Positions 14,901 through 28,600 of a DNA stretch of 64,000 nucleotides are shown piece by piece. The stretch's first letter is position 1. Each line of letters starts with the position of its first letter. Origin of the DNA: the human T2T-CHM13v2.0 reference genome, Homo sapiens; NCBI RefSeq assembly GCF_009914755.1, contig NC_060948.1, one strand, 5' to 3'. The translations under genes and the position numbers were made by a program. A model generated the notes under the pieces. That model did not search any database. It saw nothing but the letters and a program-made list of their open reading frames with translations, and had not been told where the DNA came from.

Positions 14901-15780
14901 GGAAAGTAATGCAATGGAATAGAATGGAACGAAATTTCACGGAATGGAATCAAACTGAATGGAATCAAATCAATGGAATCAAATCAAATGGAATGGAAAG
15001 GAATTGAATGGAGTAGATGGGATTGGATGGGATTGGAATGAAATGTACTGGAAAGGACTCGAATTTCATGAAACGGAATGGAATGAATTGGAAGGGAATG
15101 GACTCGAATGGAATGGAATGTCATGGGATGGCATCAAATGGAATGGCATCAAATGGAATGGAATCGAATGCAATGGAATGCTATGGAATGGAATGGAATG
15201 CATTGGAATGGAATGTCCGCTAATGGAATGGATTCGAGTGGAATGGAATTGAATATAATGGAGTCGAATGAAATGGAATTCAAAGGAATGGGATCGAATA
15301 CAATGGAATATACTGGAATGTAACGTAATGAACTCGAATGTAATTGACTGGAATGGAATGTACATGAATGGAATGTAATCGAATGGAAAGTAATCCAATG
15401 GAATAGAATCTAATGCAATAAAATCGACTCAGATAGAGTAGAATGTAATGGAATGGAGTGCAGTGCAATAGAATGGAATGGAATGGAATGCAATGGAATG
15501 GAATGGAATGGAATGCAATGGAATGGAATGGAATGGAATGGTATGGAATGGTATGGAATGGATAGTAATGGACTGGAGTGAAATGGACTGGAAAGGAATG
15601 GACTCAAATTGAAAGGGCTCGAAAGGAATGGAGTCAAATGGAATGGTCTGGAATGGAATGAACACGAATGTAATGCAACCCAATAGAATGGAATCGAATG
15701 GCATGGAATATAAAGAAATGGAATCGAAGAGAATGGAAACAAATGGAATGGAATTGAATGGAATGGGAACGAATGGAGTG
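8940..15780 (+). repeat. Local tandem duplication of one variant monomer (period 3569 bp)
   Basis: Many private variants recur exactly 3569 bp apart: GGAGTGTATT, GCTGGGATGG, ATTGTGGAG, GAATGTTGTAG, TTCTTGGAT, TGTCCGCTA, and an extra GAATTC at 11707 and 15276. Boundaries are approximate. Confidence 0.85.
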
Positions 15781-16639
15781 AAATTGTATGCAGTAGAAGA
15801 GAATAGAATGGAATGCAAGCGAAAGGAAAGGAATGGATTGGAATGAAATGGAATTCATTGGAATGGAAGGGAATGTAGTGTAATGGACAGGCCTGGAATA
15901 AAGTGGAATGCTACGGTCTCGAAAGGAATAAAAATGTATGGAATGGAATGCAATGAAACGGAATCGAATGTCATAGAATGTAATGGAATGCAAAAAAATG
16001 GAATCCAAAATCATTGACTGGAAAGGCTGGGTGTCGAAAGGAATTGACTCCAATGGAATGGAATCGAATGGAATGGAAGTGAATAGAATCGAACTAAATC
16101 GAATGGAATGGAATTGATAGGAACGGAATGGAAAGGAATGCAATGATTTGGCATGGAATGGAATCGAATGGCATCGAATGGAATGGAATGGAATGCAATG
16201 GAATGGAATGTATTAGAATGTAATGAACTTTAATGGAATGTACTCGAATGGATTCGACTGGAATGGAATGTTCTGGAAGTGAATGGACTCCAATGGAATG
16301 GATTCAAAAGGAATGGAATCGTACGGAATGGAATCTAATGGAATGGAATTAAATGGAAATGAATCAAATTGAATAGCACGGAATTGAATTGAATGGAATG
16401 GAATGCAATGGAATCTAATGAAACGGAAAGGAAAGGAATGGAATGGAATGGAATGGGCTGGAATGGAAAGGAATCGAAACGAATGGGATGGAATCGAACT
16501 GAAGAGACTGGAATGGAATGCACTGGAATGGAAGGGAGTGTAATGGAAGGTTCTCGAAAAAAATGGAATCGAATGGAATGGAATTGAATGGAACGGAATA
16601 GAGTCGAATGGAATTGAATGGAATGGAATGGACTAGAGT

Positions 16640-19600
16640 GAAGTGGAATCGAACCACAAGGAATGGACAGGAATAGAATGGTCTCGAATTGAATGGAATC
16701 GTATGGAATGGCATCAAACGGAATGGAATGGACAGCCACAGAATGGAATGCACTCGAATGCAATGGAGTCGAAACTAACGGACTGGAATAGAATGGACTC
16801 GACTGGTACGGACTCCAATGGAATGGAATCGAATGGAAGGGAATCGAACGGAAGGGAATCGAACGGAATGGACTCGAAGGGAAAAGACTGCAATGGAAAC
16901 GTCTCGAATGGAATGGAAATTAATGGAATGGAATGGGGTCGAATGAAATGGAGTCAAAAGGAATGGAATCGAATGGCAAGAAATCGAATGTAATGGAATC
17001 GCAAGGAATTGATGTGAACGGAACGGAATGGAATGGAATCCAAAGGAATGGAATAGAATGGAATGGAATCGAATGGAAAGGACTCGAATGGAAATCACTC
17101 GAATAGAATGCAATTTAATAAAATAGGATCAAATGTAATGGAATGGAATGGAAAGGAATCGAAACGAAAGGAATGGAGACAGATGGAATGGAATGGAACA
17201 GAGAGCAATGGTATAGAATGGAATGGAATCATCTGGAATGGAATTGAATGGAATGGAATAATATGAAATGGAATGGAATGGAATGGAATGGAATGCCCTT
17301 GAATTAAATGGACTGGAATGGAATGGACTCAAACAGAGTGGAATGGAAAGTGTGGAGATAGAATGGAATGAACTCCTTCGGAATGGTCTAGTAGGCAATG
17401 CAATCGACTGGCAGGGAATCAAAAGGAATGTAATCGAATGGATTGGACTGGAATGCAATGGACTCGAATAGATTGGAAACGGAATGCAAAGAATGGAATG
17501 GAATAGTATGGAATGGAATGGAAAGGAATGGAGTGGAACAGACTAGAGTGGAATGGAATGGACTGGAAAGCAATGGACTGCAATGGAACTTTCTTGAATG
17601 GACTGGAATCAAACGGAATGGAATGCAATGCAATCAAATGGCATGGAATAAAATAGAATGAAAGAGAATCAAATGGAATTGAATCGAATGGAATCGAATG
17701 GATTGGAAAGGAATAGAATGGAATGGAATGGAATTGACTCAAATGGAATGGACTAGAATGGAATGGATTCGAATGGAAGGCAAAGGAATGGAATCTATTG
17801 GAATGGACTGTAATGGAATGGAATGGAAGGGATTGGAATGGACTCGAATGGAATGGACTGCAATAGAAAGGATTCGAATGGAATGAAAAAGAATTGAATG
17901 GAATAGAACAGAATGGAATCAAATCGAATGAAATGGAATGGAATAGAAAGGAATGGAATGAAATGGAATGGAAAGGATTCGAATGGAATGCAATCGAATG
18001 GAATGGAATCGAACGGAATGGAATAAAATGGAAGAAAACTGGCAAGAAATGGAATCGAAATGAATGGAGTGTTATGGAACGGACTCAAAAGGAATTGAAT
18101 GTAATAGAATGGAGTGGAGTGGACTCGAATATAATGGACTGGAATGGAATGAAATCACATGGAATGGGAACGAATGGAATGGAATGGAAAGGAATGGAAT
18201 CGAATGGAAAGGAATCGAATGGAAGGGAATGAAATTGAATCAACAGGAATGGAAGGGAATAGAATAGACGGTAATGGAATGGACTCGAATAGAATGGACA
18301 CGAATGCTCAAATTAAATGGACTCGAATGGAATGGAAACGAAAGGAATGTCATCGAATGGAATTGAATCGATTGGAATGAAATCGCATAGAATGGAGTGG
18401 AATCAAATGGAATTGAATCGAAAGGAAAGGAAGCGAATGGACTGAAATGAAATGGAATGGAATTGAATGGAAAGTAATGCAATGGAATAGAATGGAACGA
18501 AATTTCACGGAATGGAATCAAACTGAATGGAATCAAATCAAATGGAATGGAAAGGAATTGAATGGAGTAGATGGGATTGGATGGGATTGGAATGAAATGT
18601 ACTGGAAAGGACTCGAATTTCATGAAACGGAATGGAATGAATTGGAACGGAATGGACTCGAATGGAATGGAATGTCATGGAATGGCATCAAATGGAATGG
18701 CATCAAATGGAATGGAATCGAATGCAATGGAATGCTATGGAATGGAATGGAATGCATTGGAATGGAATGTCCTCTAATGGAATGGATTCGAGTGGAATGG
18801 AATCGAATATAATGGAGTCGAATGAAATGGAATTGAAAGGAATGGGATCGAATACAATGGAATATACTGGAATGTAATGTAATGAACTGGAATGTAATTG
18901 ACTGGAATGGAATGTACATGAATGGAATGTAATCGAATGGAAAGTAATCCAATGGAATAGAATCTAATGCAATAAAATCGATTCAGATAGAGTAGAATGT
19001 AATGGAATGGAGTGCAGTGCAATGGAATGGAATGGAATGGAATGCAATGGAATGGAATGGAATGGAATGGAATGGAATGGAATGGGATGGGATGGAATGG
19101 TATGGAATGGATAGTAATGGACTGGAGTGAAATGGACTGGAAAGGAATGTACTCAAATTGAAAGGGCTCGAAAGAAATGGAGACAAATGGAATGGTCTGG
19201 AATGGAATGAACACGAATGTAATGCAATCCAATAGAATGGAATCGAATGGCATGGAATATAAAGAAATGGAATCGAAGAGAATGGAAACAAATGGAATGG
19301 AATTGAATGGAATGGAATTGAATGGAATGCGAACGAATAGAGTGAAAGTGTATGCAGTAGAAGGGAATAGAATGGAATGCAAGCGAAAGGAAAGAATGGA
19401 TTGGAATGGAATGGAATTCATTGGAATGGAAGGGAATGTAGTGTAATGGACAGGCCTGGAATAAAGTGGAATGCTACGGTCTTGAATGGAATAAAAATGC
19501 ATGGAATGGAATGCAATGAAACGGAATCGAATGTCATAGAATGTAATGGAATGCAAAAAAATGGAATCCAAAATCATTGACTGGAAAGGCTGGGTGTCGA

Positions 19601-22600
19601 AAGGAATTGACTCCAATGGAATGGAATCGAATGGAATGGAAGAGAATAGAATCGAACTAAATCGAATGGAATGGAATTGATAGGAACGGAATGGAAAGGA
19701 ATGCAATGATTTGGCACGGAATGGAATCGAATGGCATCGAATGGAATGGAATGGAATGCAATGGAATGGAATGTATTAGAATGTAATGAACTTTAATGGA
19801 ATGTACTCGAATGGATTCGACTGGAATGGAATGTTCTGGAAGTGAATGGACTCCAATGGAATGGATTCAAAAGGAATGGAATCGTACGGAATGGAATCTA
19901 ATGGAATGGAATTAAATGGAAATGAATCAAACTGAATAGCACGGAATTGAATTGAATGGAATGGAATGCAATGGAATCTAATGAAACGGAAAGGAAAGGA
20001 ATGGAATGGAATGGAATGGGCTGGAATGGAAAGGAATCGAAACGAATGGAATGGAATCGAACTGAAGAGACTGGAACGGAATGCACTGGAATGGAAGGGA
20101 GTGTAATGGAAGGTTCTCGAAAAAAATGGAATCGAATGGAATGGAATTGAATGGAACGGAATAGAGTCGAATGGAATTGAATGGAATGGAATGGACTAGA
20201 GTGAAATGGAATCGAACCACAAGGAATGGACAGGAATAGAATGGTCTCGAATTGAATGGAATCGTATGGAATGGCATCAAACGGAATGGAATGGACAGCC
20301 ACGGAATGGAATGCACTCGAATGCAATGGAGTCGAAACTAACGGACTGGAATAGAATGGACTCGACTGGTACGGACTCCAATGGAATGGAATCGAATGGA
20401 AGGGAATCGAACGGAAGGGAATCGAACGGAATGGACTCGAAGGGAAAAGACTGCAATGGAAAGGTCTCGAATGGAATGGAAATTAATGGAATGGAATGGA
20501 GTCGAATGAAATGGAGTCAAAAGGAATGGAATCGAATGGCAAGAAATCGAATGTAATGGAATCGCAAGGAATTGATGTGAACGGAACGGAATGGAATGGA
20601 ATCCAAAGGAATGGAATAGAATGGAATGGAATCGAATGGAAAGGACTCGAATGGAAATCACTCGAATAGAATGCAATTTAATAAAATAGGATCAAATGTA
20701 ATGGAATGGAATGGAAAGGAATCGAAACGAAAGGAATGGAGACAGATGGAATGGAATGGAACAGAGAGCAATGGTATAGAATGGAATGGAATCATCTGGA
20801 ATGGAATTGAATGGAATGGAATAATATGAAATGGAATGGAATGGAATGGAATGGAATGCCCTTGAATTAAATGGACTGGAATGGAATGGACTCAAACAGA
20901 GTGGAATGGAAAGTGTGGAGATAGAATGGAATGAACTCCTTCGGAATGGTCTAGTAGGCAATGCAATCGACTGGCAGGGAATCAAAAGGAATGTAATCGA
21001 ATGGATTGGACTGGAATGCAATGGACTCGAATAGATTGGAAACGGAATGCAAAGAATGGAATGGAATAGTATGGAATGGAATGGAAAGGAATGGAGTGGA
21101 ACAGACTAGAGTGGAATGGAATGGACTGGAAAGCAATGGACTGGAATGGAACTTTCTTGAATGGACTGGAATCAAACGGAATGGAATGCAATGCAATCAA
21201 ATGGCATGGAATAAAATAGAATGAAAGAGAATCAAATGGAATTGAATCGAATGGAATCGAATGGATTGGAAAGGAATAGAATGGAATGGAATGGAATTGA
21301 CTCAAATGGAATGGACTAGAATGGAATGGATTCGAATGGAAGGCAAAGGAATGGAATCTATTGGAATGGACTGTAATGGAATGGAATGGAAGGGATTGGA
21401 ATGGACTCGAATGGAATGGACTGCAATAGAAAGGATTCGAATGGAATGAAAAAGAATTGAATGGAATAGAACAGAATGGAATCAAATCGAATGAAATGGA
21501 ATGGAATAGAAAGGAATGGAATGAAATGGAATGGAAAGGATTCGAATGGAATGCAATCGAATGGAATGGAATCGAACGGAATGGAATAAAATGGAAGAAA
21601 ACTGGCAAGAAATGGAATCGAAATGAATGGAGTGTTATGGAACGGACTCAAAAGGAATTGAATGTAATAGAATGGAGTGGAGTGGACTCGAATATAATGG
21701 ACTGGAATGGAATGAAATCACATGGAATGGGAACGAATGGAATGGAATGTAAAGGAATGGAATCGAATGGAAAGGAATCGAATGGAAGGGAATGAAATTG
21801 AATCAACAGGAATGGAAGGGAATAGAATAGACGGTAATGGAATGGACTCGAATAGAATGGACACGAATGCTCAAATTGAATGGACTCGAATGGAATGGAA
21901 ACGAAAGGAATGTCATCGAATGGAATTGAATCGATTGGAATGAAATCGCATAGAATGGAGTGGAATCAAATGGAATTGAATCGAAAGGAAAGGAAGCGAA
22001 TGGACTGAAATGAAATGGAATGGAATTGAATGGAAAGTAATGCAATGGAATAGAATGGAACGAAATTTCACGGAATGGAATCAAACTGAATGGAATCCAA
22101 TCAAATGGAATGGAAAGGAATTGAATGGAGTAGATTGGATTGGATGGGATTGGAATGAAATGTACTGGAAAGGACTCGAATTTCATGAAACGGAATGGAA
22201 TGAATTGGAACGGAATGGACTCGAATGGAATGGAATGTCATGGGATGGCATCAAATGGAATGGCATCAAATGGAATGGAATCGAATGCAATGGAATGCTA
22301 TGGAATGGAATGGAATGCATTGGAATGGAATGTCCTCTAATGGAATGCATTCGAGTGGAATGGAATTGAATATAATGGAGTCGAATGAAATGGAATTGAA
22401 AGGAATGGGATCGAATACAATGGAATATACTGGAATGTAACGTAATGAACTCGAATGTAATTGACTGGAATGGAATGTACATGAATGGAATGTAATCGAA
22501 TGGAAAGTAATCCAATGGAATAGAATCTAATGCAATAAAATCGACTCAGATAGAGTAGAATGTAATGGAATGGAGTGCAGTGCAATGGAATGGAATGGAA

Positions 22601-25600
22601 TGGAATGCAATGGAATGGAATGGAATGGAATGGAATGGAATGGAATGGAATGGGATGGAATGGTATGGAATGGATAGTAATGGACTGGAGTGAAATGGAC
22701 TGGAAAGGAATGGACTCAAATTGAAAGGTCTCGAAAGGAATGGAGTCAAATGGAATGGTCTGGAATGGAATGAACACGAATGTAATGCAACCCAATAGAA
22801 TGGAATCGAATGGCATGGAATATAAAGAAATGGAATCGAAGAGAATGGAAACAAATGGAATGGAATTGAATGGAATGGAATTGAATGGAATGGGAACGAA
22901 TGGAGTGAAATTGTATGCAGTAGAAGAGAATAGAATGGAATGCAAGCGAAAGGAAAGGAATGGATTGGAATGGAATGGAATTCATTGGAATGGAAGGGAA
23001 TGTAGTGTAATGGACAGGCCTGGAATAAAGTGGAATGCTACGGTCTCGAATGGAATAAAAATGTATGGAATGGAATGCAATGAAACGGAATCGAATGTCA
23101 TAGAATGTAATGGAATGCAAAAAAATGGAATCCAAAATCATTGACTGGAAAGGCTGGGTGTCGAAAGGAATTGACTCCAATGGAATGGAATCGAATGGAA
23201 TGGAAGTGAATAGAATCGAACTAAATCGAATGGAATGGAATTGATAGGAACGGAATGGAAAGGAATGCAATGATTTGGCATGGAATGGAATCGAATGGCA
23301 TCGAATGGAATGGAATGGAATGCAATGGAATGGAATGTATTAGAATGTAATGAACTTTAATGGAATGTACTCGAATGGATTCGACTGGAATGGAATGTTC
23401 TGGAAGTGAATGGACTCCAATGGAATGGATTCAAAAGGAATGGAATCGTACGGAATGGAATCTAATGGAATGGAATTAAATGGAAATGAATCAAATTGAA
23501 TAGCACGGAATTGAATTGAATGGAATCGAATGCAATGGAATCTAATGAAACGGAAAGGAAAGGAATGGAATGGAATGGAATGGGCTGGAATGGAAAGGAA
23601 TCGAAACGAATGGAATGGAATCGAAGTGAAGAGACTGCAATGGAATGCACTGGAATGGAAGGGAGTGTAATGGAAGGTTCTCGAAAAAAATGGAATCGAA
23701 TGGAATGGAATTGAATGGAACGGAATAGAGTCGAATGGAATTGAATGGAATGGAATGGACTAGAGTGAAGTGGAATCGAACCACAAGGAATGGAGAGGAA
23801 TAGAATGGTCTCGAATTGAATGGAATCGTATGGAATGGCATCAAACGGAATGGAATGGACAGCCACGGAATGGAATGCACTCGAATGCAATGGAGTCGAA
23901 ACTAACGGACTGGAATAGAATGGACTCGACTGGTACGGACTCCAATGGAATGGAATCGAATGGAAGGGAATCGAACGGAAGGGAATCGAAAGGAATGGAC
24001 TCGAAGGGAAAAGACTGCAATGGAAAGGTCTCGAATGGAATGGAAATTAATGGAATGGAATGGAGTCGAATGAAATGGAGTCAAAAGGAATGGAATCGAA
24101 TGGCAAGAAATCGAATGTAATGGAATCGCAAGGAATTGATGTGAACGGAACGGAATGGAATGGAATCCAAAGGAATGGAATAGAATGGAATGGAATCGAA
24201 TGGAAAGGACTCGAATGGAAATCACTCGAATAGAATGCAATTTAATAAAATAGGATCAAATGTAATGGAATGGAATGGAAAGGAATCGAAACGAAAGGAA
24301 TGGAGACAGATGGAATGGAATGGAACAGAGAGCAATGGTATAGAATGGAATGGAATCATCTGGAATGGAATTGAATGGAATGGAATAATATGAAATGGAA
24401 TGGAATGGAATGGAATGGAATGCCCTTGAATTAAATGGACTGGAATGGAATGGACTCAAACAGAGTGGAATGGAAAGTGTGGAGATAGAATGGAATGAAC
24501 TCCTTCGGAATGGTCTAGTAGGCAATGCAATCGACTGGCAGGGAATCAAAAGGAATGTAATCGAATGGATTGGACTGGAATGCAATGGACTCGAATAGAT
24601 TGGAAACGGAATGCAAAGAATGGAATGGAATAGTATGGAATGGAATGGAAAGGAATGGAGTGGAACAGACTAGAGTGGAATGGAATGGACTGGAAAGCAA
24701 TGGACTGGAATGGAACTTTCTTGAATGGACTGGAATCAAACGGAATGGAATGCAATGCAATCAAATGGCATGGAATAAAATAGAATGAAAGAGAATCAAA
24801 TGGAATTGAATCGAATGGAATCGAATGGATTGGAAAGGAATAGAATGGAATGGAATGGAATTGACTCAAATGGAATGGACTAGAATGGAATGGATTCGAA
24901 TGGAAGGCAAAGGAATGGAATCTATTGGAATGGACTGTAATGGAATGGAATGGAAGGGATTGGAATGGACTCGAATGGAATGGACTGCAATAGAAAGGAT
25001 TCGAATGGAATGAAAAAGAATTGAATGGAATAGAACAGAATGGAATCAAATCGAATGAAATGGAATGGAATAGAAAGGAATGGAATGAAATGGAATGGAA
25101 AGGATTCGAATGGAATGCAATCGAATGGAATGGAATCGAACGGAATGGAATAAAATGGAAGAAAACTGGCAAGAAATGGAATCGAAATGAATGGAGTGTT
25201 ATGGAACGGACTCAAAAGGAATTGAATGTAATAGAATGGAGTGGAGTGGACTCGAATATAATGGACTGGAATGGAATGAAATCACATGGAATGGGAACGA
25301 ATGGAATGGAATGGAAAGGAATGGAATCGAATGGAAAGGAATCGAATGGAAGGGAATGAAATTGAATCAACAGGAATGGAAGGGAATAGAATAGACGGTA
25401 ATGGAATGGACTCGAATAGAATGGACACGCATGCTCAAATTAAATGGACTCGAATGGAATGGAAACGAAAGGAATGTCATCGAATGGAATTGAATCGATT
25501 GGAATGAAATCGCATAGAATGGAGTGGAATCAAATGGAATTGAATCGAAAGGAAAGGAAGCGAATGGACTGAAATGAAATGGAATGGAATTGAATGGAAA

Positions 25601-28600
25601 GTAATGCAATGGAATAGAATGGAACGAAATTTCACGGAATGGAATCAAACTGAATGGAATCAAATCAATGGAATCAAATCAAATGGAATGGAAAGGAATT
25701 GAATGGAGTAGATGGGATTGGATGGGATTGGAATGAAATGTACTGGAAAGGACTCGAATTTCATGAAACGGAATGGAATGAATTGGAACGGAATGGACTC
25801 GAATGGAATGGAATGTCATGGAATGGCATCAAATGGAATGGCATCAAATGGAATGGAATCGAATGCAATGGAATGCTATGGAATGGAATGGAATGCATTG
25901 GAATGGAATGTCCTCTAATGGAATGGATTCGAGTGGAATGGAATCGAATATAATGGAGTCGAATGAAATGGAATTGAAAGGAATGGGATCGAATACAATG
26001 GAATATACTGGAATGTAATGTAATGAACTGGAATGTAATTGACTGGAATGGAATGTACATGAATGGAATGTAATCGAATGGAAAGTAATCCAATGGAATA
26101 GAATCTAATGCAATAAAATCGATTCAGATAGAGTAGAATGTAATGGAATGGAGTGCAGTGCAATGGAATGGAATGGAATGGAATGCAATGGAATGGAATG
26201 GAATGGAATGGAATGGAATGGGATGGGATGGAATGGTATGGAATGGATAGTAATGGACTGGAGTGAAATGGACTGGAAAGGAATGTACTCAAATTGAAAG
26301 GGCTCGAAAGAAATGGAGACAAATGGAATGGTCTGGAATGGAATGAACACGAATGTAATGCAATCCAATAGAATGGAATCGAATGGCATGGAATATAAAG
26401 AAATGGAATCGAAGAGAATGGAAACAAATGGAATGGAATTGAATGGAATGGAATTGAATGGAATGCGAACGAATAGAGTGAAAGTGTATGCAGTAGAAGG
26501 GAATAGAATGGAATGCAAGCGAAAGGAAAGAATGGATTGGAATGGAATGGAATTCATTGGAATGGAAGGGAATGTAGTGTAATGGACAGGCCTGGAATAA
26601 AGTGGAATGCTACGGTCTTGAATGGAATAAAAATGCATGGAATGGAATGCAATGAAACGGAATCGAATGTCATAGAATGTAATGGAATGCAAAAAAATGG
26701 AATCCAAAATCATTGACTGGAAAGGCTGGGTGTCGAAAGGAATTGACTCCAATGGAATGGAATCGAATGGAATGGAAGAGAATAGAATCGAACTAAATCG
26801 AATGGAATGGAATTGATAGGAACGGAATGGAAAGGAATGCAATGATTTGGCACGGAATGGAATCGAATGGCATCGAATGGAATGGAATGGAATGCAATGG
26901 AATGGAATGTATTAGAATGTAATGAACTTTAATGGAATGTACTCGAATGGATTCGACTGGAATGGAATGTTCTGGAAGTGAATGGACTCCAATGGAATGG
27001 ATTCAAAAGGAATGGAATCGTACGGAATGGAATCTAATGGAATGGAATTAAATGGAAATGAATCAAACTGAATAGCACGGAATTGAATTGAATGGAATGG
27101 AATGCAATGGAATCTAATGAAACGGAAAGGAAAGGAATGGAATGGAATGGAATGGGCTGGAATGGAAAGGAATCGAAACGAATGGAATGGAATCGAACTG
27201 AAGAGACTGGAACGGAATGCACTGGAATGGAAGGGAGTGTAATGGAAGGTTCTCGAAAAAAATGGAATCGAATGGAATGGAATTGAATGGAACGGAATAG
27301 AGTCGAATGGAATTGAATGGAATGGAATGGACTAGAGTGAAATGGAATCGAACCACAAGGAATGGACAGGAATAGAATGGTCTCGAATTGAATGGAATCG
27401 TATGGAATGGCATCAAACGGAATGGAATGGACAGCCACGGAATGGAATGCACTCGAATGCAATGGAGTCGAAACTAACGGACTGGAATAGAATGGACTCG
27501 ACTGGTACGGACTCCAATGGAATGGAATCGAATGGAAGGGAATCGAACGGAAGGGAATCGAACGGAATGGACTCGAAGGGAAAAGACTGCAATGGAAAGG
27601 TCTCGAATGGAATGGAAATTAATGGAATGGAATGGAGTCGAATGAAATGGAGTCAAAAGGAATGGAATCGAATGGCAAGAAATCGAATGTAATGGAATCG
27701 CAAGGAATTGATGTGAACGGAACGGAATGGAATGGAATCCAAAGGAATGGAATAGAATGGAATGGAATCGAATGGAAAGGACTCGAATGGAAATCACTCG
27801 AATAGAATGCAATTTAATAAAATAGGATCAAATGTAATGGAATGGAATGGAAAGGAATCGAAACGAAAGGAATGGAGACAGATGGAATGGAATGGAACAG
27901 AGAGCAATGGTATAGAATGGAATGGAATCATCTGGAATGGAATTGAATGGAATGGAATAATATGAAATGGAATGGAATGGAATGGAATGGAATGCCCTTG
28001 AATTAAATGGACTGGAATGGAATGGACTCAAACAGAGTGGAATGGAAAGTGTGGAGATAGAATGGAATGAACTCCTTCGGAATGGTCTAGTAGGCAATGC
28101 AATCGACTGGCAGGGAATCAAAAGGAATGTAATCGAATGGATTGGACTGGAATGCAATGGACTCGAATAGATTGGAAACGGAATGCAAAGAATGGAATGG
28201 AATAGTATGGAATGGAATGGAAAGGAATGGAGTGGAACAGACTAGAGTGGAATGGAATGGACTGGAAAGCAATGGACTGGAATGGAACTTTCTTGAATGG
28301 ACTGGAATCAAACGGAATGGAATGCAATGCAATCAAATGGCATGGAATAAAATAGAATGAAAGAGAATCAAATGGAATTGAATCGAATGGAATCGAATGG
28401 ATTGGAAAGGAATAGAATGGAATGGAATGGAATTGACTCAAATGGAATGGACTAGAATGGAATGGATTCGAATGGAAGGCAAAGGAATGGAATCTATTGG
28501 AATGGACTGTAATGGAATGGAATGGAAGGGATTGGAATGGACTCGAATGGAATGGACTGCAATAGAAAGGATTCGAATGGAATGAAAAAGAATTGAATGG

